Source of the DNA: Mantamonas sphyraenae STR306
Lineage: Eukaryota > Protista > CRuMs
DNA: 64,000 nucleotides
Reading direction: 5' to 3'
Assembly (NCBI GenBank): GCA_026936335.1
Contig: JAPMXV010000033.1
Coordinates: 62,001-126,000, forward strand
The position numbers were made by a program, and so were the translations under genes. The notes below the pieces were generated by a model. It searched no databases, was not told where the DNA came from, and saw nothing but the letters and a program-made list of their open reading frames with translations. Below, one piece after another: positions 56,281 to 64,000 of this stretch. How positions within the stretch are numbered: the first letter of the stretch is position 1; every line of letters starts with the position of its first letter.

Positions 56281-59200
56281 ATGGTGAGTGTCCATTGCCA
56301 TGCGTGAATGCTTGCGATTTCTGCACGCGACGGTCTGGCGAAAGGGTTGCTGTTCTGACACGTGCACACAGTTTCAACGCAGCGCACGGCCGGCAAAGGC
56401 GGCAGGACGCGGCTTGCACACGAGCGCCTCGGTGAGCGCGATCAACTGGAAGTCGTCCAGCGTGGCTCAGCGAGCCATGAACCGCGTGCAACGCTTTGTT
56501 GATGCACATCGCATGCATGGACACCTGCGTGCAGATCTGGATCCTCTGGGGCTGACTGCAGCAGCGTAAGTGGCTGCCCTTGAAGAAAGGCCGGGGCGAG
56601 GTCTGGTTTTGGGCGCGCCTCTTTGTCTGACGCTCGCTCTCTCTTCCCAAAAACACACACAGCGACGTTCCCCACCTCACCCTGAAGCACTACGAGCTGG
56701 ACCAGATCCCCAGCGACACGGTGTTCCCCACGGAAGGCCTGCTGCACATGGTGAGTTGCACGCAGAGAGACGCCCCCGGCCGTGCGTGCGCCAAGAGAGT
56801 GTGTGAACCAGTGGCTCCTTGTGTGCCACGACTCCGGACACCCACGACATAACCGGCCACTGACACACCCCCAACACCAACCTGCGTCTGCATACGCCTC
56901 TCTCCCTCCCCCCTCACACACACACACACACACACACACCTCTCTCTCTGTGTCTGTGCAGCCGGATGGACGCAGCGAGGCGACGCTGGCGGAGATTGTG
57001 GAGGTTGTGCAGAGGGCGTACACGGGCAAGGCGGCGGTGCAGTTTATGCACTGTTCGCCCGAACAGGCGGAATGGTGGGCGCAGCGTGTGGAAACAGGGG
57101 CTGTGAATGGGCAGCTGGAGAACGAGGAGGCACGACGAGTGTGGCAGATCTTGCAGGAGTCGGAGCAGTTTGACAAGTTCATGCAGGTCAAGTTCCGCAA
57201 TGTCAAGCGGTATGCACTGGAGGGAGCCGAGTCGATGTTGGTGGCCGTCGATTCGCTGTTCAAGGAGGCGGCAGAACGGGCAGGTGTGCGTGAGGCTGTC
57301 GTGGTCATGCCCCATCGCGGACGTCTCAACCTGTTGGCCAACCACATGCCGGGCTACCCGGCACGCAATGTCTTCCACAAGACGTCCGGTGGCCGCGAGT
57401 TTCCCGAATCGGTGCGAGGCGACGGCGACGTGCTGTCCCACCTGGCCGCGTCCAGCACGTGGCAATGGCCAGGCAGCGGTGCCGAGTTGTACGTGTCGCT
57501 GATCCACAACCCGTCGCACCTGGAAGTGGGCAACCCCGTGGCAATGGGCAAGGTGCGTGCCAAGCAGGACGGCCGCCGCGGCGACGGCGACGGCGAGAAG
57601 GACCCCGCCGCCTCCTTGTGCCTGCAAATCCACGGTGACGCCGCCTTTACGGGCCAGGGCGTCAATGCAGAGGCGTCGCACATGGCCGCGTTGCAAAACT
57701 ACACCGTGCAGGGATCGGTGCACCTCATTGTCAACAACCAGCTGGGGTACACGACTGCGGCTGCCAACGGACGTGCCACACGCCACGCTGCCGATCAGGC
57801 ACGCGGATGGGGCGTGCCCACCATTGCGGTGAATGCAGACTCACCCGAACATGTCTACGCGGCCTCTCAGCTGGCCATGCAGTACCGCCGCGAATTCAAC
57901 TCGGATGTGTTTCTGGAGCTGGTGGGCTACCGACGACACGGCCACAACGAGCTGGACGAGCCGCGCTTCACCCAACCGATCATGTACCAGGCCATTACGG
58001 CGCAGCCCTCGGTGGCTGCCCTCTACGGCAAGCAGCTGATCGACCGCGGCGTCATCAGTTCGGATGATGTGCAGCAATTGGTGGCACGCAGCGACGCCCA
58101 TTACAACGAGGAACTCGCCGCCGTTGCCGACCACAAGCCCCAGGGGGCTCACCTCCAGGGCAAGTGGAAGGGCATGCGGCAGGTGGCACCCAACGACCTG
58201 GTGGAAGATGTGCAGACAGGCGTGGACACAGAAGTGCTGCGTGAGATCGGACGTGCCAGTGTCACCGTGGCCACCGAGGACAAGTTTGAGGTGCACGGAC
58301 GCATTGCACGCCACCACATCAAGAGCCGACTGGCAAAGGTGGACGCAGGCGAGGGTCTGGACTGGTCCACGGCCGAAGCCATGGCGTTTGGCTCACTCAT
58401 GTTGGACAAGTATGGTGTGCGCATCAGCGGACAGGACGTGGCGCGGGGTACGTTTAGCCAGCGCCACGCAGAGCTGTACGACCAGACGGGACAGCATGGG
58501 TACATCCCGCTGAACCACATGCGTGGGCCTGGGGAGCAGGGCAAGCTGCAGCTTGCATGCAGCAACCTCAGCGAGCTCGCGGTGATGGGATTTGAGTATG
58601 GTTACTCCATGGAGGATCCGTCGAACCTGGTTCTGTGGGAGGCCCAGTTTGGCGACTTTAACAACTCGGCCCAAATGGTCATCGACCTGTTTCTGGCCAC
58701 GGGCGAAAGCAAGTGGCTGCGCCAGAGCGGCCTGACGCTGCTGCTGCCCAACGGCTGGGAGGGAGGAGGCCCCGAGCACAGCAGCGCACGCGTGGAACGC
58801 TTCCTTCAACTCACAGACAGCGACATCGACGGCGCCGACGAGGACATCAACTTCCAGGTGGCCAATTGCACCACGCCTGCAAACTACTTCCACCTCCTGC
58901 GTCGCCAGATGCTGCGTCCGTTCCGCAAGCCCCTGGTGGTGGCCACGCCAAAGAACCTGCTGCGTCACCCGGCCTGTGTCTCCTCCCTGGAGGACATGGC
59001 CCCGTCCACCACGTTTTCGCCCGTGTACACCGACGAGGGTGTCAGCGCAGACGCCGTGGAAACCGTGCTGATGTGTTCCGGTCGTGTCTACTACGATCTG
59101 CTGGAGCACCGCAAGGAACATGCCATCGACAACGTGGCCCTGGTGCGTGTCGAGCAGCTGGCCCCGTTCCCTTACTACCACCTGCGCACCGTCCTGGACC

Positions 59201-59409
59201 AGTATCCCAACGTCCAGCGCTACACCTGGGTGCAGGAGGAACCAGAGAATCAGGGTGCCTACATTTACGTCAAGGATCGCATCACGCGTGTCACCCAGCA
59301 GCCCCTCGATTACGTCGGACGCAACGCATCCGCCGTCGTCGCCTCGGGCTTCTCCTCTGTGTTTAAGCAGCAACAGGAAGCTCTTCCGAAGCGTGCCTTT
59401 GGCCTGTAA
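56281..59409 (+). CDS. DHTKD1: Mitochondrial 2-oxoadipate dehydrogenase E1 (introns 56284-56371, 56566-56662, 56751-56961)
   Basis: Arg/Ser-rich transit peptide, HGHLRADLDPL, KRYALEGAESM, GDVLSHL (DHTKD1-type; OGDH has GDVKYHL), ThDP motif HGDAAF..NNQLGYTT, GHNELDEP and LWEAQFGDF. Confidence 0.92.
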
Positions 59410-59495
59410 AGGGAGCTTGTGTGTGTGTGTGTGTGTGTGGAGGACAATTCACCAAAGCACGTCGTCACATGGATGCATTGTTGCTGAATGTCCCT

Positions 59496-62114
59496 TCACC
59501 TGCGTCCTTTTTTGCCCTTTCCCCCCTTCTTGCCCTTGCCTTTGCCTCCCTTCTTGCTGCTGTTGTTCTTGCGCTGCTGCTCTCTCTTTTCCCTCTGCTG
59601 TTGCTCCAGCTGCTGCTGTTCCAACGTGGCTGGGTCGACGTACAGAGCCAGTCGTTCGAGCCACGGTTGCAATTCCAGGTCGATGCCGTCCAGGCCGTAC
59701 ACCCCAATGGCCAGGGCAGCCTCCTCCAGGGCCGTTTGCAGGGGCGGCGTCGCTTGCGGCTGTTTGAAGGCGTACACGATGCGGTTGACGTCGTCGGGCA
59801 CGCTGAGCACAAACACGGTGCCAAACACACTGGTTAGACCCGCCATGACGCTGTGGTACAGGGACATGGAGCGACAAACGAGATTGAGCACCAACACACC
59901 GTCGTGCACCAGACACGCAGCCACGTCCGACAGGAACGACGTGGTCACAAACGCCTGCGGCGGACAACTCATCCCCACCGAATTGTCCTTGGAATCGACG
60001 TCAATCATGATGAGATGGCGCTTGCCATTGTGTGCAGCGCTGTCGTCGTTGCTGCTGCTGCTCTCTCGGCCGGCCTTTGCCTCTGCGCTGATATGTGTCA
60101 AGCCGTCGGCGACGGTGACTTGCATGCGGTCGTCCTGCACAAAGCCAAAGTGATCGCTGGCCACCTGTACCACCACAGGGTCCAGTTCCACCACATGCAT
60201 GCTCACGTCGGCAAACGCACTGTGCACAAACATGGGCAAGGACCCCGAACCCAGGCCCACCAGCAGCATGTCCACCTGGCCACGCTGCACCTTTCCCTCC
60301 TCCATCTGCTTCTTTTGTGCCTCCACACGCTGCCTCGCTGCCTGTGCACGCTTCTTCTGTGCCATGGCTGCCCTCTCCTGCTGCTTCTTGCCCCCCCGAG
60401 ATGCCGATGATGCGGTCGATGTGGACCCACTGCTGCTGCTGCTGCTACCGCTGCTGTCCTGTTCCTGACCCTGGTACCCGCATGCGTCGTTGCCAGTGGC
60501 CCACCATCCATCGGCCATGGGATTGCCCAGCAGCGCCAGCCCGGCCACCATGGCCTTGTGGTGGTCAAACATGAGGTATCCCGGATCCAGCACATGTGTC
60601 CACTCACCCGTCTGCTCGTCTTTGCGCGGCACAAAACGTGCTTCCGATTGCACCAGCCCCAAATCGCTGGAAAACACAAGGCGACGCAGGAACGGTTCGG
60701 GCTTGCCCTCGTCACCGTCGTCATCATCATCGCCAATCAGTTCGCTCACCTGCTCCACATACACCTGCCCATTGAGTTCCGAGGTGCACTGTGCGACGAG
60801 GTTGCGCTCGCCGATGCCGTCGTCCAGGCTGAGAAACGGGATGTTGCCCTGAGCATGCTGTGTGCTGGCACTCTGAGGAATCACCTGCACAATCTTTGGC
60901 GTCAATTCCTCCTTGACTGCATCCAAATCCGTGTACTCCTGTCCCGGTGTCATCATGGCGATCAGCAGGCGCTTGTAACCGCACATGGCAGCCAGCTGGA
61001 ATTGCCCTTCCTCCTGCGCAAACAGAAACTCCTTTTCGCGCGCCTGCGGCACAATAAACACGGCACATTCGTCCTTAAAGGCCACTCGGTTGCCCTCCTG
61101 ATCCCTGTTCTTGCTGTCCACAATGACCAGACTGAAGCGGGGTGCACCTGCATCGCTGCTGTCGTACAACTGCAACTCTGTACGTGTGCCCGGATGGATG
61201 CGTTCCAGACGTGTGCGTGACTCGTAGGCCCATTGCATCTCCTTGATGAGAGCACAGGCCCATTGCACACTGCTCTCCTGCCCCACCGGTTGCTTGCCCA
61301 GGCTCTCGCCACTTTCGTCGTGCACCTCGATGTGTGCTCCATCCACAGAGGCCTCCCTGCGGCATGCAATCACAAATGGAAGCAGTTTGCTGTCCTTCAG
61401 CTGCAGTGGGTGCATGGCCACTGCGTACGCTGCTTTGCCCTGACGCGGACCGGCAAAGAAGCCCAGCAGGCACGTTGCAATGTGTTCCTGCAACAGTGAC
61501 ACACACACATACGTGCCCCCGTTACTGTCCAACACACGTGTGATTTCTCCAAACAGTCGCTCTGCCTCCTGCTTCACCTCCACCGTCGGTTCGCTCATGA
61601 GCGCATCCAACGCACCCTGCACCCCCCCCACCGCCCCGGGTGTGTGTGAGTCTCAAACGCAGGGTGGACACGGGACGAGGGAGGCCTCGACGCACTGTGG
61701 AATCATGATTTGCCCATGACTCACCTTGTCCAGAACACCCTGGAAGGCGCCGTCGTCGGCGTCCATGGCAAGCATGTCCATGACCTTGAATTGCAATCCG
61801 TCGCGACGGATGTTCTTGGCCGTTTGCTCGCGCACCACGAGTTCAGAAAAGTCGATGGCTGTGATGCGGTGGTAGCCGTCGTCATACATGTGTGCAGCCA
61901 GGTCGCTGTTGCCACAGCCCACCTCCATCACGTGTCCCTTGGGATCAAAGTGTCGCGCGAGGTGTGTGCGCAGTTGCTGGTACGAACCGTACCATTCAAA
62001 CGCCTTTTGCTTGCGTCCTTGGAAGAATGAGTCCCAATACTCCTTGTCCCGGAACTGGGAATACGACTTGGGAAGCAAGGAGGACGACGACGACGACGAT
62101 GACGACGACGACAT
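59496..62114 (-). CDS. METTL13: eEF1A dual methyltransferase (intron 61724-61617)
   Basis: LLPKS..YWDSFF..AFEWYG, EVGCGNS and VLDK|GALDALM; AVFIVPQARE; second SAM domain LVGLGSGSLP..VELDP..DVDSKD..GMSCPP. Confidence 0.94.
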
Positions 62115-62262
62115 GATTTCGATGGTGCGGTGAGGGCATTGGACGTGCTTGGACTTTCTTCCAAACTGCACTTGGGAGATGGGATGGGATGCATTCAATG
62201 AGTGAAGTGCGTGGGATTGTGTCACTCGATGGGTCATGTGGGGGTGGGATCCAGGTCGCGCA

Positions 62263-63173
62263 TCACTTTCCAGGTTCGCCCTTGCTGCTCAGCTGCTTGC
62301 TGGTGGCCTCTGCCCACCACTCGAGCACAGCCAGAAACTCCTGGGCACGTCGGTGGTACGCATCGTCGGCAGGGGTGCCATCCTCGTTGGGGAAGGCCTC
62401 CCAGATCTTGGGAACCACCAGGGTCTTGGGCGATGCCACCGCTCCCAGCATGCTGAGGTAGTCCAGCAGGGCAGATCCAGCGCGGATTCCAGCAAAAGAG
62501 CCACCGCTGTACGTGACCACACCGCTCATCTTGTTGGAATACTCCTTCAGCAGGAAGTTCATCAGGTTCGCCAGCGCGGGGCTGAAAGAATGGTTGTACT
62601 CGGGACACACCACAATGATGGCCTGTGCATCATTGATGGTGTCACGGAACTTCTGGAGTGCCTCGGGAACCTCCTCACCCTCCTTATAATCAGAGTAGCG
62701 CTTCTTCAGCAGGCCAAACTCGTCATAGTCCAGCGCATCCACAAGCGTGGCTGTGTGGCCACGTCGCTCCACTTCACTGTGCACAAACTTGGCCAGTTTG
62801 ATGCCTGCGTGTGTCACAGGGACGGCACTCGGGGGTCAGAGAGACGACGGCCGGAACCGGAACCGGACTAGCGCAACCTTGGCAAAGTTGGCACGAAAAC
62901 AATTCCCCGCAAGACGCATGCGACATGTGGAATGGATGAGACACTCACCATGGCGGTTGTTGCGTACACTGCCACAGATGGTGACAATGTTGAGCGGCTC
63001 GTCGGTCGTGCGCTCTGCTTCTGCGATTTTGGAGTCGGTGGTGCTCTGGATTGTGACAAAAACCACGGGATCCGTCACCCCAGCCCCAACGTCAGCACGC
63101 ACACGCAGATGTGGTGTCCCCTCATCGCTCAATCTTGTCACATGACACATCTTCACCCGATTCCACTGACCAT
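62263..63173 (-). CDS. NADPH-dependent FMN reductase, flavodoxin-fold (introns 63170-63046, 62948-62805)
   Basis: Spliced IVTICGSVRNNRHG|IKLA (GSxR motif), CPEYNHSFSPAL and VTYSGGSFAGIRA. The ATG-only first exon is inferred. Confidence 0.88.
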
Positions 63174-63453
63174 GATGGGCTGTTCCTCTGCAAGTTCGGA
63201 TGGGTTGGCAGCCGCAGAAGCCGCACAAGCAGCTATGCACACCACACCACACACCATCAGCCATGCACAGGCACTGGTGGACACTGTGGCAGATCTGACC
63301 ATGGGCTCAATTCAATTGGACAGGGCCTTGTTGAGAAAACAATGTTGTGTTGGCAGGAGCAGTGTGGGTGCATGCATCACCGTTCATCATTGTGTGCTCA
63401 AACAAACAAGCGCACACGTTTCCCCTCCCCTCTTCTCCTCCTCCCCACAAAGC

Positions 63454-64000
63454 TCACTCGGCGGTGTTGATGTTGCGAGGAATCTTCCAGCCAACCTCGT
63501 TGATCCACATGTCGGTAAAGACGTTGCGGAGCTTGGTGACCTCGCCCACAGAGGGGGTCTTGAACATCATCTGGTTGTCAGCAGACGGGTTGTACAGGTT
63601 CCACTTGGCAGGAGCGGTGTGGGGTCCCAGGTTGGGGTTGCCCGAGTGGGCAAAGTTGCCCCAGTACTGCTGGATCGTCTTGGACAGGGTCTCCTCCTCT
63701 GCAGTGACATTGTACATGGTCTGGGCCGTGTTGAACACAAAGGGCAACTCTTCGGCGTGGCACACGTAGTTGTAGCACTCGTAGTACTCGGGTCCCCAGG
63801 CGCCGTTGGGTCCCTTGCCGAAGCTCATCACGTGGTCAAAGAAGTAGCTGTACACGGGCGAGGGCTGTCCGTTGGCCAGCGCATACTTCATGGGAGCAAA
63901 GAACAGGTAATCCGTCCCCACCGGGGCCATGTCCCATCGCGAATCGGTGTGGTTCTGCTCCGGGTACAACTTGGTGATGCTGGGAAGGGCGTGGAAGGGA
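63454..64000 (-). CDS. Type-B carboxylesterase, 3' portion (5' end outside the window)
   Basis: VYSYFFDH, catalytic-His motif VCHAEELPFVF and YWGNFAHSGNPN. Confidence 0.85.
   Translation of the reverse strand, partial: PFHALPSITKLYPEQNHTDSRWDMAPVGTDYLFFAPMKYALANGQPSPVYSYFFDHVMSFGKGPNGAWGPEYYECYNYVCHAEELPFVFNTAQTMYNVTAEEETLSKTIQQYWGNFAHSGNPNLGPHTAPAKWNLYNPSADNQMMFKTPSVGEVTKLRNVFTDMWINEVGWKIPRNINTAE

Noticed and set aside
56782-59409. Calling this gene OGDH (2-oxoglutarate dehydrogenase E1)
   Set aside because: GDVLSHL, NNQLGYTT and GHNELDEP match the DHTKD1 subtype.

Overview
Eukaryotic, GC-rich and extremely gene-dense DNA from a unicellular organism with a motile flagellum (ZMYND10 and RSPH9 are present); the lineage cannot be fixed from sequence alone. 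I reconstruct 23 protein-coding genes with short GT-AG introns (about 70-270 nt, often with CA-rich 3' ends) and intergenic gaps mostly under 160 bp. Recognisable genes: papain-family protease, HAD hydrolase, ZMYND10, anoctamin, TBC/EF-hand RabGAP, BRPF/JADE-like PHD scaffold, STX5, SCAMP, RSPH9, DDRGK1, PSMA3, membrane dual-specificity phosphatase, EXPERA protein, DUF389 protein, DHTKD1, METTL13, FMN reductase and a carboxylesterase. The most unusual content: (1) two paralogous signal peptide-heme peroxidase-DOMON-cytochrome b561 fusions, a possible trans-membrane electron wire to a surface peroxidase; (2) a ~3085-aa BTB-Clu-ARM-LamG-SPRY-UBA protein; (3) a degenerate STAND NTPase with Trp-acidic repeats; (4) a BRPF-like protein whose EPC-II halves are permuted around two PZP modules; (5) an SR-like protein with a duplicated 8-Cys module; (6) a giant 2-TM channel-like protein. 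Also seen: a 7-nt micro-exon, ATG-only first coding exons, a GCCAA motif upstream of start codons, and six single-base frameshifts that are most likely assembly indels. No tRNA, rRNA, CRISPR array or mobile element was seen. All family calls are by motif recognition, with no database search.
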